Origin: an uncultured Slackia sp. | GTDB lineage: Bacteria; Actinomycetota; Coriobacteriia; Coriobacteriales; Eggerthellaceae | Direction: 5' to 3' | NCBI GenBank assembly: GCA_934661005.1 | Contig: CAKUIK010000003.1 | Location: 998 to 64,997, forward strand | DNA: 64,000 nucleotides | Part shown: positions 34,437-45,180 of the stretch, piece by piece | Layout of the letters: each line of letters begins with the position of its first letter | Numbering within the stretch: the stretch's first letter is position 1 | Made by a program: the position numbers and the translations under genes | Notes under the pieces: model-generated | Told to the model about the DNA's origin: nothing | Database searches by the model: none | What the model saw: the letters and a program-made list of their open reading frames with translations, nothing else

Positions 34437-34700
34437 ATGAGTGAAGAAACCCGTAGCTCCCGCAAGGTCCGTCAGGGCGTCGTTGTTTCCGCGGCGAACG
34501 ACAAGACCATTGTGGTTGAGATCAAGGAGCGCAAGCCTCATCCTGTCTATGGCAAGATGATGACGAGCACCAAGAAGTTCCACGCTCACGACGAGAACAA
34601 CGAGGCTGGCCTCGGTGACACCGTCACCATTATGGAGACCCGCCCCATGTCCAAGATGAAGCGTTGGCGCCTCCTCGAGATCGTGGAAAAGGCCAAATAG
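34437..34700 (+). CDS. rpsQ: 30S ribosomal protein S17
   Basis: [32 protein letters not shown]. Confidence 0.95.
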   Translation: MSEETRSSRKVRQGVVVSAANDKTIVVEIKERKPHPVYGKMMTSTKKFHAHDENNEAGLGDTVTIMETRPMSKMKRWRLLEIVEKAK

Positions 34701-34740
34701 CCCAAGCGTTGCGTAACTAAACTATCGGAAGGATTGCACA

Positions 34741-35109
34741 ATGATTCAGATGCAAACCATGCTGAACGTTGCCGACAACTCCGGCGCGCGCAAGGTGCAG
34801 TGCATCAAGGTCCTCGGCGGCTCCAAGCGCCGCTATGCAGGCCTTGGCGACGTCATCATCTGCAGCGTCAAGGAGGCAGCTCCCAACGGCAGCGTCAAGA
34901 AGGGCGACGTTGTCCGTTGCGTCATCGTTCGCGTGAAGAAGGAAGTCCGTCGCAAGGACGGTTCTTACATCCGCTTCGACCAGAACGCCGCCGTGCTGAT
35001 CGACAACTCCGGTGCTCCCAAGGGCACCCGCATCTTCGGCCCCGTGGCTCGCGAGCTGCGTGACAAGAAGTACATGAAGATCGTGTCTCTGGCACCTGAG
35101 ACGCTCTAA
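34741..35109 (+). CDS. rplN: 50S ribosomal protein L14
   Basis: [28 protein letters not shown]. Confidence 0.97.
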   Translation: MIQMQTMLNVADNSGARKVQCIKVLGGSKRRYAGLGDVIICSVKEAAPNGSVKKGDVVRCVIVRVKKEVRRKDGSYIRFDQNAAVLIDNSGAPKGTRIFGPVARELRDKKYMKIVSLAPETL

Positions 35110-35125
35110 GGGAGGTGCACGAAAC

Positions 35126-35446
35126 ATGAACAGCATGAAGGTCAAAAAGGGCGACAAGGTTCAGGTCATCGCTGGTAAGGACAAGGGCAAGCAGGGCACC
35201 ATTCTGCGCTCCGTTCCTACCCGCAACCGTGTTGTCGTCGAAGGCTGCGGCATCGTGAAGAAGGCCGTTCGCCCCACCCAGCAGAACCCGCAGGGCGGCA
35301 TCATCTCCATGGAAGCCCCCATTCACGTTTCCAACGTGATGCTGGTCTGCCCCTCTTGTGGCAAGCCGGTTCGCACTGGCAAGCGCATCAACGACGAGGG
35401 CAAAAAGGTCCGCGTCTGCAAGAAGTGCGGCAAAGACATCGACTAG
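35126..35446 (+). CDS. rplX: 50S ribosomal protein L24 (C-terminal CxxC...CxxC variant)
   Basis: [23 protein letters not shown]...[19 protein letters not shown]...VCKKCGKDI. Confidence 0.95.
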   Translation: MNSMKVKKGDKVQVIAGKDKGKQGTILRSVPTRNRVVVEGCGIVKKAVRPTQQNPQGGIISMEAPIHVSNVMLVCPSCGKPVRTGKRINDEGKKVRVCKKCGKDID

Positions 35447-35480
35447 AAATGGTCCACCGGTTGAATAACCAGTGAATTTT

Positions 35481-35517
35481 AAGGCGCATCCTGCGGATTT
35501 TCTGTGGGATGCGCCTT
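35481..35517 (+). promoter_or_regulatory. 11-bp perfect stem-loop in the unusually long rplX-rplE spacer
   Basis: AAGGCGCATCC-15 nt-GGATGCGCCTT. Weak T-tract. A second hairpin ACGCAGG-9 nt-CCTGCGT lies downstream. Confidence 0.4.
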
Positions 35518-35613
35518 ATGCCGTGTAGAATATGACCCTGGCTGCCTTAGGCGGGCAGGGACGCAGGGTCGGTAATCCTGCGTTTAATTCATCGACAAAG
35601 GAGAAACTTACCT

Positions 35614-36159
35614 ATGGCTACTCCTCGCCTGAAAGAACTGTACAAATCTGAAATCGTCTCCAAGCTGGAGAGCGAGCTTTCTATCGACAACATCAACAAG
35701 GTTCCGCGCCTTGAGAAGATCGTTGTGAACATGGGCGTCGGCGAAGCCGCGTCTGACTCCAAGCAGCTCGACGCAGCTATGAACGATATGCGCATCATCA
35801 CGGGCCAGCAGCCCTGCGTCACCCGCGCCAAGAAGTCCATCGCAGGCTTCCACATCCGCGAGGGCCAGGCTATTGGCTGCAAGGTTACCCTGCGTGGCGA
35901 CCGCATGTGGGAGTTCCTGGACCGCCTGCTGTCCATGGCTCTGCCTCGCGTTCGCGACTTCCGTGGCATCTCCCCGAAGAGCTTCGACGGCCGTGGCAAC
36001 TACACCCTCGGCATCACCGAGCAGCTCATCTTCCCCGAGATTGAATACGACAAGATCGATCGTACCCGCGGCATGGACATCACCTTTGTCACCACTGCCG
36101 AAAACAACGAACAGGCCAAGGCTCTTCTCGACGCTTTGGGCTTCCCGTTCAAGAAATAG
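35614..36159 (+). CDS. rplE: 50S ribosomal protein L5
   Basis: [19 protein letters not shown]...NMGVGEA. Confidence 0.97.
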   Translation: MATPRLKELYKSEIVSKLESELSIDNINKVPRLEKIVVNMGVGEAASDSKQLDAAMNDMRIITGQQPCVTRAKKSIAGFHIREGQAIGCKVTLRGDRMWEFLDRLLSMALPRVRDFRGISPKSFDGRGNYTLGITEQLIFPEIEYDKIDRTRGMDITFVTTAENNEQAKALLDALGFPFKK

Positions 36160-36207
36160 TAATTCATTCGGCAAAATCCGAGTGGAGATAGAGGAAAGAA
36201 GGAAAGC

Positions 36208-36393
36208 ATGGCAAAAAAATCGATGATCGCCAAGGCTAATCGCGAGCCGAAGTTCTCGACTCGTGCCTACACCCGCTGCACCCGCTGCGGCCGTCCGCGT
36301 TCTGTGTATCGCAAGTTCGGTCTGTGCCGCGTGTGCCTGCGCGAGTTGGCTAGCAAGGGCGAACTCCCCGGCGTGACCAAGGCTTCCTGGTAG
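36208..36393 (+). CDS. rpsN: 30S ribosomal protein S14, type Z (zinc-binding, 61 aa)
   Basis: [46 protein letters not shown]. Confidence 0.96.
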   Translation: MAKKSMIAKANREPKFSTRAYTRCTRCGRPRSVYRKFGLCRVCLRELASKGELPGVTKASW

Positions 36394-36485
36394 GCCCACG
36401 CTAGGTGCTTGCCGGTAAGGCGCACACGCCACGGGCGTCATTGCGTACCTCCGGCTGAGCTCATCACGAACCAAAGGAGAATCAA

Positions 36486-36884
36486 ATGACCATTAACGAC
36501 CCCATCGCAGATATGCTTACGCGCGTGCGTAACGCCAACTCTGCGGGCAAGGCGACGGTCTCGATGCCGTCTTCGAAGAAGCTCGTCGAAATCGCTCGCA
36601 TCATGACCGAAGAGGGCTATGTCCAGGGCTACGAGATCATTGAGAACTCGCCCCGCGACATTCTCGAGATCACGATGAAGTACGGCGAGAAGAAGGCGAA
36701 GACCATTCGCGGCATCAAGCGTATTTCCAAGCCCGGCCTGCGTATTTACGCTGGCAAGGACGAACTGCCCCGCGTTCTCGGCGGCTTGGGCACGGCTATC
36801 GTGTCCACCTCCAAGGGCGTCATGGCAGACCGCGACGCTCGCAAGGCTGGCGTCGGCGGCGAAGTTATCGCATACATCTGGTAA
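36486..36884 (+). CDS. rpsH: 30S ribosomal protein S8
   Basis: [20 protein letters not shown]. Confidence 0.97.
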   Translation: MTINDPIADMLTRVRNANSAGKATVSMPSSKKLVEIARIMTEEGYVQGYEIIENSPRDILEITMKYGEKKAKTIRGIKRISKPGLRIYAGKDELPRVLGGLGTAIVSTSKGVMADRDARKAGVGGEVIAYIW

Positions 36885-36904
36885 GGAAAGGATAGGAGCT
36901 TACT

Positions 36905-37450
36905 ATGTCTCGTATCGGCAAACAGCCCATTCCGGTTCCTGCCGGAGTTACCGTTACCATCGAGGGTAACAAAATCACCACGAAGGGCCCCAAGGGCGAA
37001 CTCTCCTACGAGTTCAACCCCATGATGTCCATCGCTCAGGAAGGCGAGGAGCTCATCGTTTCTCGTCCTGACGATTCCCGTGAGGCCAAGGCATTCCACG
37101 GCCTTACCCGTTCGCTCGTCAACAACATGGTCGTTGGCGTCCACGAGGGCTACGAGAAGAAGCTCGAGCTCGTTGGCGTTGGCTACCGTGCTGCTCTGAA
37201 GGGCAACAGCCTGGATCTTTCTCTCGGCTATTCTCATCCGGTTGTCGTTGAGGCCCCCGAGGGCATCACCTTCACCGTGCCCGATCAGACGCACATCATC
37301 GTTTCCGGTGCCGACAAGCAGGCTGTTGGCCAGACTGCTGCCGTCATCCGTAAATGGCGTGCTCCCGAGCCTTACAAGGGCAAGGGCATTCGTTACGAGG
37401 GCGAGCAAGTTCGTCGCAAGCTTGGCAAGGCTGCCAAGGGCGACAAGTAG
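36905..37450 (+). CDS. rplF: 50S ribosomal protein L6
   Basis: [31 protein letters not shown]. Confidence 0.97.
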   Translation: MSRIGKQPIPVPAGVTVTIEGNKITTKGPKGELSYEFNPMMSIAQEGEELIVSRPDDSREAKAFHGLTRSLVNNMVVGVHEGYEKKLELVGVGYRAALKGNSLDLSLGYSHPVVVEAPEGITFTVPDQTHIIVSGADKQAVGQTAAVIRKWRAPEPYKGKGIRYEGEQVRRKLGKAAKGDK

Positions 37451-37473
37451 CTTAAGGTCTGAAGGGATATAAG

Positions 37474-37842
37474 ATGAAGAAACTCCAGAAGAAGCAGGCC
37501 GGGCTGGCTCGTCGCCACCGTCGCGTCCGCGGCAAGATTTCTGGCACCGCCGCTCGTCCGCGCCTTTGCGTTACCCGTTCCAACTCGAACCTGTACGTGC
37601 AGTTCATCGACGATGTCGCTCATGTGACCATCTGCGGCGAGAGCACCCTGGGCGAGGCTTTCAAGGCTACCGGCAAGTCCGGTGCCAACGTTGAAGGCGC
37701 TGCCGCCATGGGCGAAATCGCTGGCAAGAAGGCCGTCGAAGCCGGCATCACCGAGGTCGTTTTCGACCGCGGCGGTAACCTGTACCACGGCCGCATCAAG
37801 GCTCTGGCCGATGGCGCTCGCGCCGCTGGCCTGAAGTTCTAG
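37474..37842 (+). CDS. rplR: 50S ribosomal protein L18
   Basis: [35 protein letters not shown]. Confidence 0.96.
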   Translation: MKKLQKKQAGLARRHRRVRGKISGTAARPRLCVTRSNSNLYVQFIDDVAHVTICGESTLGEAFKATGKSGANVEGAAAMGEIAGKKAVEAGITEVVFDRGGNLYHGRIKALADGARAAGLKF

Positions 37843-37856
37843 GAAAGGGTTTGGAT

Positions 37857-38396
37857 ATGACTCCTCGCAAAGAAGAAAAGAAGCAGTCCGCCGTTCCTGA
37901 GCTTCAGGAGCGCGTGGTCTACATCAACCGCGTTTCCAAGGTCGTCAAGGGCGGCCGCCGCTTCGGTCTGACGGCTCTCGTTGTCGTTGGCGACGGCGAA
38001 GGCCATGTCGGCGTTGGCATGGGCAAGTCTCAGGAAGTGCCTATCGCCATCAAGAAGGGCATCGAAGACGCCAAGAAGAATATGTTCGAAGTTCCTATGA
38101 ACGAAGATCGTACGCTTCCGCATGATATCATGGGCGAGTTTGGCGCGGGCCGCGTCTACCTCAAGCCTGCTGCCCCTGGTACCGGTATCATCGCCGGTGG
38201 CCCGGTTCGTGCTCTGCTCGAGCTTGCTGGCTTCAAGAACGTGTTCGGCAAGTCCCTGGGCTCCTCCAACGCGATGAACATCGTGAAGGCTGCCGCCGAG
38301 GGCCTCAAGGAGCTTTCCGCTCCCACTGAGGTTGCTGAGCGCCGCAACATGACTGTTGGCCAGATCTATGGCTGGTCCGAGAAGAAGGAGGCGTAA
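37857..38396 (+). CDS. rpsE: 30S ribosomal protein S5
   Basis: [40 protein letters not shown] 37857 follows an AGGAAAGGG RBS. The track uses TTG 37851. Confidence 0.96.
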   Translation: MTPRKEEKKQSAVPELQERVVYINRVSKVVKGGRRFGLTALVVVGDGEGHVGVGMGKSQEVPIAIKKGIEDAKKNMFEVPMNEDRTLPHDIMGEFGAGRVYLKPAAPGTGIIAGGPVRALLELAGFKNVFGKSLGSSNAMNIVKAAAEGLKELSAPTEVAERRNMTVGQIYGWSEKKEA

Positions 38397-38398
38397 TC

Positions 38399-38587
38399 AT
38401 GGCTGAAGCGAAGACTCTTCACATCACCCAGGTTCGCTCCCAGATCGGCCGTCCGGCCGACCAGGGCAAAACCCTGAAGGCTCTGGGCCTTGGCAAGATT
38501 GGCCGCACGGTTGACCAGGCTGATACGCCGTCCATCCGTGGCATGATCTTCAAGGTCAAGCACCTCGTCGAGGTTGTTGAGGACTAA
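38399..38587 (+). CDS. rpmD: 50S ribosomal protein L30
   Basis: [29 protein letters not shown]. Confidence 0.95.
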   Translation: MAEAKTLHITQVRSQIGRPADQGKTLKALGLGKIGRTVDQADTPSIRGMIFKVKHLVEVVED

Positions 38588-38611
38588 ATCCTCTTCGATT
38601 TTCGAATTTTT

Positions 38612-38640
38612 AAAGCCCGCTGTTCGCAGCGGGCTTTTTT
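38612..38640 (+). terminator. Rho-independent terminator after rpmD
   Basis: AAAGCCCGCTG-ttcg-CAGCGGGCTTT followed by TTT. Confidence 0.85.
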
Positions 38641-38728
38641 ATGTTCATGTTTCGAAATTGTTTCGCTTGCCGACGGTAAACGGTTGTGAATAGGGGGCGG
38701 ACGCTCAATAGACTACAATCCAGTGTGC

Positions 38729-38775
38729 ATTGATGCGCCCTCGCCTCATATCTCATGGAGCGAGGACGCATCAAT
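38729..38775 (+). promoter_or_regulatory. Long imperfect hairpin in the symporter 5' leader
   Basis: ATTGATGCG(C)CCTCGC...GCGAGG(A)CGCATCAAT, ~30 nt upstream of the start codon. Confidence 0.3.
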
Positions 38776-38807
38776 CGATTCTGTTCCTGCATTGAAAGGG
38801 GAGACCG

Positions 38808-40115
38808 GTGTCGCAATTGAGCGATCTTGGCAAGGAAGCCAAGCATGACTTCGACGAAGTGTCCGAATCGAAGAAAGATTTGCCCTGGTACAAGCGACTT
38901 TCGCTCACCACGTGGATTTTCATCGCATTGGCCTTGGGCGTTGTGGCCGGCATTGCGCTTCAGGGCAATGCTGAGTTTGCCACGACGTATATCAAGCCGC
39001 TCGGCACCATTTTCTTGAACCTCATCAAGATGATCGTTGTGCCGTTGGTCATTTTTACCATGACCGCTGGCGTCATCTCGCTGTCTGATATCAAGCGCGT
39101 TGGCGCTATCGGCGGCAAGACGATTGTCTACTACCTCGCCACCACGGCGTTTGCCATCATCATCGGTTTGGTTATGGCGAATATTCTCAACGTTGGCGGC
39201 GGATACAGCCTGCCCGCCGAGGAGCTTTCGTATGAAGCGAAGGAAGCGCCTTCGTTCATCGATACGATTGTGAACATTTTCCCCGCGAACGTCATTCAGC
39301 CTATGGCCGACGCCACGATGCTCCAGGTTATCGTGATTGCCCTCGTCTTCGGCTTCGGCATTATGGCCGCCGGCAAGAAGGCCCAGCCTGTTGCTGACCT
39401 CGTGAATAGCATGAGCGAAGTATGCATCAAAATCATGCACGGCATCATCTGCTTTGCGCCCTTTGGCGTCTTCGGCCTTATCACGCCTGTTATTGCGAGC
39501 AACGGCCCCGATATTTTGCTGCCGCTGCTGAAGCTGATTGTGGTTGCATACCTCGCCATGATTCTGCATATGGTGGTCGTCTACTCCGGCCTGGTGAAGA
39601 TTCTTGCCAACGTGAGCCCCATCCGCTTCTTTAAAGAGCAAATGTCGGCCATGGTGTTCGCGTTCGCTTCCGCTTCTTCGGTAGGCACGCTGCCTGTGAA
39701 CATGCAGTGCTCCAAGAAGCTCGGCGTTTCCAATGAGGTTTCGAGCTTCGTTTTGCCGCTGGGTGCCACCATCAACATGGATGGCACCTCAATTTACATG
39801 GGTGTGTGCTCCATCTTTATCGCCCAGGTGTTCGGCATCGATTTGACCATTAGCCAGCAGTTCACCATCGTGCTTACCGCCGTGCTTGCCTCCATCGGCA
39901 CCGCCGGTGTTCCCGGTTCGGGCATGATCATGCTTGCTATGGTGCTCCAGTCGGTTGGCTTGCCGGTCGAGGGCATTGCCCTTGTCGCGGGTGTCGACCG
40001 TATCCTCGATATGATGCGCACCACCGTCAACATCACTGGCGACCAGAGCTGCGCCGTATGCGTTGATGCCATGGAGCGCCGCAAGGCCGAGCGCAAGGCC
40101 GCGAAGGCGGCATAG
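38808..40115 (+). CDS. Dicarboxylate/amino acid:cation (Na+/H+) symporter family transporter (DAACS)
   Basis: FLNLIKMIVVPLVIFTMTAGV...SASSVGTLPV...GATINMDGTSIYMG...RTTVNITGD. Confidence 0.88.
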   Translation: MSQLSDLGKEAKHDFDEVSESKKDLPWYKRLSLTTWIFIALALGVVAGIALQGNAEFATTYIKPLGTIFLNLIKMIVVPLVIFTMTAGVISLSDIKRVGAIGGKTIVYYLATTAFAIIIGLVMANILNVGGGYSLPAEELSYEAKEAPSFIDTIVNIFPANVIQPMADATMLQVIVIALVFGFGIMAAGKKAQPVADLVNSMSEVCIKIMHGIICFAPFGVFGLITPVIASNGPDILLPLLKLIVVAYLAMILHMVVVYSGLVKILANVSPIRFFKEQMSAMVFAFASASSVGTLPVNMQCSKKLGVSNEVSSFVLPLGATINMDGTSIYMGVCSIFIAQVFGIDLTISQQFTIVLTAVLASIGTAGVPGSGMIMLAMVLQSVGLPVEGIALVAGVDRILDMMRTTVNITGDQSCAVCVDAMERRKAERKAAKAA

Positions 40116-40146
40116 TGCTCCCTTGTTTGCTTCAGATACGAGAGAA

Positions 40147-40295
40147 GGGGCCGTTTGGGGCGGGGCAGTCTATGACCCTCTGAGCTTCAAATATGCTCTT
40201 CTTTCTTAGATGAAGCGAAGGAGCGAGGCGCATAGCGAGCCGAAGGTGAGCGGTAGCCGAGCGCGGTCAAAGACGGTCCTGTCCCAAACGGCCCC
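40147..40295 (+). repeat. Structured intergenic element, copy B
   Basis: Perfect 13-nt inverted arms GGGGCCGTTTGGG (40147-40159) and CCCAAACGGCCCC (40283-40295). Core GAGGCGCATAGCGAGCCGAAGGTGAGCGGTAGCCGAG. Confidence 0.6.
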
Positions 40296-40350
40296 GGCTG
40301 GCCGCTGTCCTCCATGTGGTTGCTTCGCAGGGTGCAGAACCTATGAATTG

Positions 40351-40386
40351 AAGACCCGTCTGACTTGTGCAGACGGGTCTTTTCTT
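40351..40386 (+). terminator. Rho-independent terminator after the symporter
   Basis: AAGACCCGTCTG-acttgtg-CAGACGGGTCTT followed by TTCTTG. Confidence 0.85.
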
Positions 40387-40508
40387 GTATTCTTTGAAAG
40401 CTTGCGTTTTGGGCGAATTGTGCCCGCAAGCGGTAATGTAGTTGGCCGGCGAGCGAGCTGCCGGCGAAGGTGGGGAAGCATCCCACCCGAAAAGCGAAAG
40501 GATCCATC

Positions 40509-40958
40509 ATGGAGATTAAAGACCTGGTGCCCGCAGAGGGCTCTACCAAAAACCGCAAGCGCGTTGGCCGCGGCCCCGCTTCTGGTCATGGCAAAACTGC
40601 CGGCCGTGGTATGAATGGCCAGCTGTCCCGCTCCGGCGGCGGCAAGCGCCCCGGCTTCGAGGGTGGCCAGACTCCGCTGGCTATGCGCCTCCCGAAGCTC
40701 CCTGGCTTCCGCAACTTCAACCGCGTTGAGTACGCTCCTGTCAACGTTTCTCGTCTCGAGCGCAAGTTTGAGGCTGGCGACGTCGTCGACGCCGAGTCGC
40801 TGAAGGCCAAGGGCATCATCAAGAAGCTCGACACCCCCGTCAAGGTTCTTGCTGATGGCGAAATCACCAAGCCGCTCACCATCAAGGTTGACAAAATTTC
40901 TGCTGCTGCTGTCGCCAAGATCGAGGCGGCCGGAGGAAAGGTCGAGCAGTCTTGCTAA
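40509..40958 (+). CDS. rplO: 50S ribosomal protein L15
   Basis: [44 protein letters not shown]. Confidence 0.96.
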   Translation: MEIKDLVPAEGSTKNRKRVGRGPASGHGKTAGRGMNGQLSRSGGGKRPGFEGGQTPLAMRLPKLPGFRNFNRVEYAPVNVSRLERKFEAGDVVDAESLKAKGIIKKLDTPVKVLADGEITKPLTIKVDKISAAAVAKIEAAGGKVEQSC

Positions 40959-42232
40959 CGTCCATCATTGATGCATTCAAGGTGCCGGAGCTTCGCAAGA
41001 AGATTCTGTTCACCTTGGGCATCTTGGCGCTGTACCGCTTCGGCGCGTACGTGCCGGTGCCTGGCATCCCCTTTAAAGAGTTCTCAGACGCTTTTGCTGC
41101 GAGCGGCGTGAGCATGACCATGCTCGACCTGTTCACGGGCGGCGCGCTGTCGAACTTCTCGGTGTTCTCGCTGGGCATCATGCCTTACATCACGGCATCC
41201 ATCATCATGCAGCTGATGCAAGGCGTTATTCCCGCTGTGGGTCGCTGGGCCAAAGAGGGAGAAACCGGTCGCCGCAAAATCACCCAGGTCACGCGTTTCC
41301 TGACGCTGGGCCTTGGCCTGATTAACGCTGTCGGCTACCTCTTCCTGTTCAAGAGCTCCGCCTACGGCGTGGTGTTCACGAGCGAGGTCCCCGAGATTCT
41401 CACCGACATCATCGTCGTCTTCACGCTGGTTGCGGGCACTGCGTTCATCATGTGGATGGGCGAGCTTATCACCCAGCGCGGCATTGGCAACGGCATGTCG
41501 CTCATCATCTTCGTGTCCATTGTCTCTCGCGTTCCCGCCGCTATCTTCAGCAGCGTGAACCTCACGGGCGACACGGGCATGGGCATTGCGGTCACGCTGC
41601 TCATCGTGCTTGTCGTGCTGCTGTGCATCCCCGCGATTATCTTCGTGGAGCGCGCGCAGCGCCGCATCCCGGTGAACTACGCCAAGCGCGTGCAGGGTCG
41701 CAAGATGATGGGTGGCCAGTCCACCTACATTCCCTTGAAGGTGAATGCGGCGGGCGTTATCCCGATTATCTTCGCGAGCTGCTTGATTTACTTCCCGGCT
41801 CAGATCGCTGCCCTGTTCAACATCGGCTGGCTCACCGCGGTGGCCGACGCCATGTCGACGGGCTGGATCAACTGGCTGCTTACGCTGGCGCTCATCGTGT
41901 TCTTCGCGTACTTCTACACCTCTATGGTGTTCAATCCCGAAGAAACGAGTGACAACCTGCGCAAGCAGGGCGGCTTCATTCCGGGCGTGCGTCCGGGTAG
42001 CGCTACCACGCAGTACATCAAGAACGTCATCAATCGCGTGACGTTGCCCGGTGGCCTGTTCATTGCGCTTATCGCGGTTGTTCCGTCGATCCTGTTCTAC
42101 TTCACCGGCAACCAGCTTATTCAGGCGTTTGGCGGCACTTCGATCCTCATTATGATCGGCGTTGCGCTTGACACCATGAGCAAGCTCGAGAGCCAGCTGA
42201 AGATGTACAACTACGACGGCTTCTTCAAGTAA
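40952..42232 (+). CDS. secY: Preprotein translocase subunit SecY
   Basis: [27 protein letters not shown]...[20 protein letters not shown] start overlaps the rplO stop. Confidence 0.96.
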   Translation: MLTSIIDAFKVPELRKKILFTLGILALYRFGAYVPVPGIPFKEFSDAFAASGVSMTMLDLFTGGALSNFSVFSLGIMPYITASIIMQLMQGVIPAVGRWAKEGETGRRKITQVTRFLTLGLGLINAVGYLFLFKSSAYGVVFTSEVPEILTDIIVVFTLVAGTAFIMWMGELITQRGIGNGMSLIIFVSIVSRVPAAIFSSVNLTGDTGMGIAVTLLIVLVVLLCIPAIIFVERAQRRIPVNYAKRVQGRKMMGGQSTYIPLKVNAAGVIPIIFASCLIYFPAQIAALFNIGWLTAVADAMSTGWINWLLTLALIVFFAYFYTSMVFNPEETSDNLRKQGGFIPGVRPGSATTQYIKNVINRVTLPGGLFIALIAVVPSILFYFTGNQLIQAFGGTSILIMIGVALDTMSKLESQLKMYNYDGFFK

Positions 42233-42235
42233 TTG

Positions 42236-42266
42236 AAAATGCGGGTCTTTATGGCCCGCATTTTTT
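42236..42266 (+). terminator. Rho-independent terminator after secY
   Basis: AAAATGCGGG-9 nt-CCCGCATTTT followed by TT. A second weaker hairpin plus T-tract lies at 42280-42305. Confidence 0.85.
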
Positions 42267-42428
42267 GTTGCCGAATATCAAGCTCCCTTCACGGGGGCTT
42301 TTTTACTATGAAATCACGTAGAAATTAGGTGGGGAAACGTGAGGAAATTGCAATTCTCGAATGGCATATGCGCGCGCTGACTTTCATAATGCTGGGCTTG
42401 TTGGGCTATGCGAGGAAAGGAGCGCGGC

Positions 42429-43328
42429 GTGATTGAGTCGAATGCCCGTGTCGGTTTCGTTGGCGCAGGCAAGGTAGGCGTGGCGCTCGGGGAGCTGTTC
42501 CGGGGCTGCGGTATCGCGGTTTCTGGATACGCCTCGTTGCTGGCGTGCGATGCTCAGTCGGCGGCAAAGAAGACGTCATCTGTTGCTTTTGACAATGCTG
42601 CCGATGTAATTGAAGCGTCCGACGTGATTTTCTTCACGGTGCCCGATGGCGAGATTTCAAACGCATGGAACAGCCTCGTGGCTTCATATGGGGCTGCGGC
42701 GGCCGATGCGTTGTTCGGCAAAATCGTGTGCCATTGCTCGGGAACTTTGCCCGCTGCCGCATTAACTGACGCGGCGGAATATGGCGCGCATGCCGCTTCG
42801 GTGCATCCGCTTTTCGCCATCTCGGGCGGGGGAAGCGCCCAGGCGAAAATCGGTTCCGCGCTCTTCACGCTCGAGGGCGACGCGTCGGCTCTTGCGGCGG
42901 TGTCGACCCTGCTCGATGCATGCGAGGTTCGCCATAGGCAGATCGCTTCGTGCGATAAGCCGCTCTATCATGCGGCGGCGGTGTGCGCGAGCAATTTGGC
43001 TGTGGGGCTTTTCGCGAGTGCGCAGACGATGCTCGAGCGATGCGGCTTCGATGCCGACGAGGCTCGCGGTGCGCTGCGCCCGCTGTTTGTGGGCAATTGC
43101 GAATCTATTGCCGAGCGAGGCCCCGTCGATGCCCTTACGGGTCCCATCGAGCGCAACGACAGCGAAACCGTGATGGGCCACTTGCTGGCGTTTCGCGAAG
43201 ATCCGACGCTGCTGAAAGAACGCGACGCTTATACCGCTCTTTCGCGCGTCGTGGTCGAAATTGCCGCCGCGAAGCACCCCGAGCGGGATTACTCGCAGCT
43301 CGCAGAGATTCTGAGGGCCGCTCGATAA
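42429..43328 (+). CDS. Rossmann-fold plus DUF2520-type oxidoreductase, putative ketopantoate reductase (PanG-like)
   Basis: [15 protein letters not shown] dinucleotide fold. C-terminal helical domain. Sits immediately upstream of panB-panC. AGGAAAGGAG RBS before GTG 42429. Confidence 0.55.
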   Translation: MIESNARVGFVGAGKVGVALGELFRGCGIAVSGYASLLACDAQSAAKKTSSVAFDNAADVIEASDVIFFTVPDGEISNAWNSLVASYGAAAADALFGKIVCHCSGTLPAAALTDAAEYGAHAASVHPLFAISGGGSAQAKIGSALFTLEGDASALAAVSTLLDACEVRHRQIASCDKPLYHAAAVCASNLAVGLFASAQTMLERCGFDADEARGALRPLFVGNCESIAERGPVDALTGPIERNDSETVMGHLLAFREDPTLLKERDAYTALSRVVVEIAAAKHPERDYSQLAEILRAAR

Positions 43329-43399
43329 GCGCTGAAAACGACAAGAGGGAAGGAAGGGCCAGGGCGCGTGTCCCGACCCGAATAAGGAAGGCGAATATC

Positions 43400-44227
43400 A
43401 TGAAGAATACTGCCGCAACGTTTGCCGCCGCCAAGGCGAAAGGCGAAAAGCTCTCGATGCTCACCGCATATGACTATTCTACGGCGAAACTCGAAGACGA
43501 GTCGGGCATCAACGGCATTCTGGTTGGCGACTCGCTGGGCAACGTTGTGCTTGGCTATGAGGATACCGTTTCGGTAACCATGGAAGACATGATTCACCAC
43601 GGCGCAGCTGTTGCTCGTGGCGCGAAAAACGCTCTTGTCGTTGTCGATATGCCTTTCATGAGCTACGAAGTGACCGTCGAGGAAGCCGTGCGCAATGCGG
43701 GTCGTCTTATGAAAGAGGGCCGCGCGGGTGCCGTGAAACTCGAGGGCGGTGTGCGCGTTGCTGAGCAGATTCGCGCCATCGTGAAGGCCGGCATTCCCGT
43801 TATGGGCCATATTGGCCTTACGCCTCAGTCGATTAACGTTTTCGGCGGCTTCAAAGTGCAGGGTAAAAGCGAGGAGGCCGCCCGCGCTCTGCTCGCCGAT
43901 GCTAAGGCGGTTGAGGAAGCCGGTGCATTCGCCGTTGTAATTGAGGCGGTTCCCGCCGCCCTTGCCCAAATGATTACCGACGCCGTTTCGATTCCGACCA
44001 TCGGCATTGGTGCGGGCGCTGGTTGCGACGGCCAGATTCTCGTTTATCAGGATATGCTCGGCATGTTCAGCGACTTCACCCCGAAATTCGTGAAGCGCTA
44101 CGCAAATGTGGGCGAAGTCATGCGTGAGGCGTTTGCGAATTACGCAGCCGAGGTCGCATCGGGCGCATTCCCCACTGAAGAGCACACCTATAAAATCAAG
44201 GACGACGTGCTCGAGAAGCTGTACTAA
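43400..44227 (+). CDS. panB: 3-methyl-2-oxobutanoate hydroxymethyltransferase
   Basis: [15 protein letters not shown]...[17 protein letters not shown]...[10 protein letters not shown]...VKLEGG. Confidence 0.93.
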   Translation: MKNTAATFAAAKAKGEKLSMLTAYDYSTAKLEDESGINGILVGDSLGNVVLGYEDTVSVTMEDMIHHGAAVARGAKNALVVVDMPFMSYEVTVEEAVRNAGRLMKEGRAGAVKLEGGVRVAEQIRAIVKAGIPVMGHIGLTPQSINVFGGFKVQGKSEEAARALLADAKAVEEAGAFAVVIEAVPAALAQMITDAVSIPTIGIGAGAGCDGQILVYQDMLGMFSDFTPKFVKRYANVGEVMREAFANYAAEVASGAFPTEEHTYKIKDDVLEKLY

Positions 44228-44325
44228 AGAAAACGGCGCAGTGGCCCGAAGGAAAGCGTGTCGCTGCGATTTGATAGATTGCCAGGAGCGCGCATGCGCT
44301 CAAACATCCCGAAGAAAGAAGAACG

Positions 44326-45171
44326 ATGAACATCGCTTATACCGTGGAAGACGTGAAGTCGCAGGTTCGCGAATGGAAGAAGGAAGGCCTTACCGTTGGC
44401 CTCGTGCCCACCATGGGTTATTTGCACGAAGGCCACGAGAGCTTGATCAAGCGTGCCGTCGCGGAAAACGATCGCGTCGTGGTGAGCGTGTTTTTGAACC
44501 CCACGCAATTTGCCCCCAACGAAGACCTCGCGAGCTATCCTCGCGATTTCGAAGCCGATACGAAACTGTGCGAAGGGGCTGGCGCGGCTCTGGTTTTCCA
44601 TCCCGAGCCGTCTGAGATGTACGCGGAGGACGCGTGTACGTTCGTCGACATGAACGCCGTCACCAAGGAACTGTGCGGAAAGAGCCGTCCGATTCACTTC
44701 CGCGGCGTGTGCACCGTTGTGAACAAGCTCATGAATATTTCCATGGCCGATCGCGCGTACTTCGGCCAGAAAGACGCGCAGCAGCTCGCCGTTATTCGTC
44801 GCATGGTTCGCGATTTGAATATGAACGTTGAAGTTGTGGGCTGCCCCATCATTCGCGAGGCTGACGGTTTGGCGAAAAGCTCGCGCAACACCTACCTTTC
44901 CGAAGAAGAGCGTAAGGCGGGTCTGGTTTTGTCGCAGGCCGTGAAGTTGGGCCAGAAGCTTGTCGCCGAAGGCGAGAAGTCTGCTGCTGCGGTCACCGGC
45001 GCTATGAGCGAGCTCATTTCTGCGGAACCTCTCGCAAAGATTGACTACGTCTCTATGGTATCGTGGGATTCCATCGAGCCCGTCGAAACCATTGAAGGCC
45101 CTGTGCTCGTTGCCATGGCGGTCTACATTGGCAAAACCCGCCTGATTGACAACTTCATTTACGAAGGATAA
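44326..45171 (+). CDS. panC: Pantoate--beta-alanine ligase
   Basis: VGLVPTMGYLHEGHESLIKRA...VSVFLNPTQFAPNEDL...FGQKDAQQLAVIRRMV. Confidence 0.93.
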   Translation: MNIAYTVEDVKSQVREWKKEGLTVGLVPTMGYLHEGHESLIKRAVAENDRVVVSVFLNPTQFAPNEDLASYPRDFEADTKLCEGAGAALVFHPEPSEMYAEDACTFVDMNAVTKELCGKSRPIHFRGVCTVVNKLMNISMADRAYFGQKDAQQLAVIRRMVRDLNMNVEVVGCPIIREADGLAKSSRNTYLSEEERKAGLVLSQAVKLGQKLVAEGEKSAAAVTGAMSELISAEPLAKIDYVSMVSWDSIEPVETIEGPVLVAMAVYIGKTRLIDNFIYEG

Positions 45172-45180
45172 TCTTTAGAT

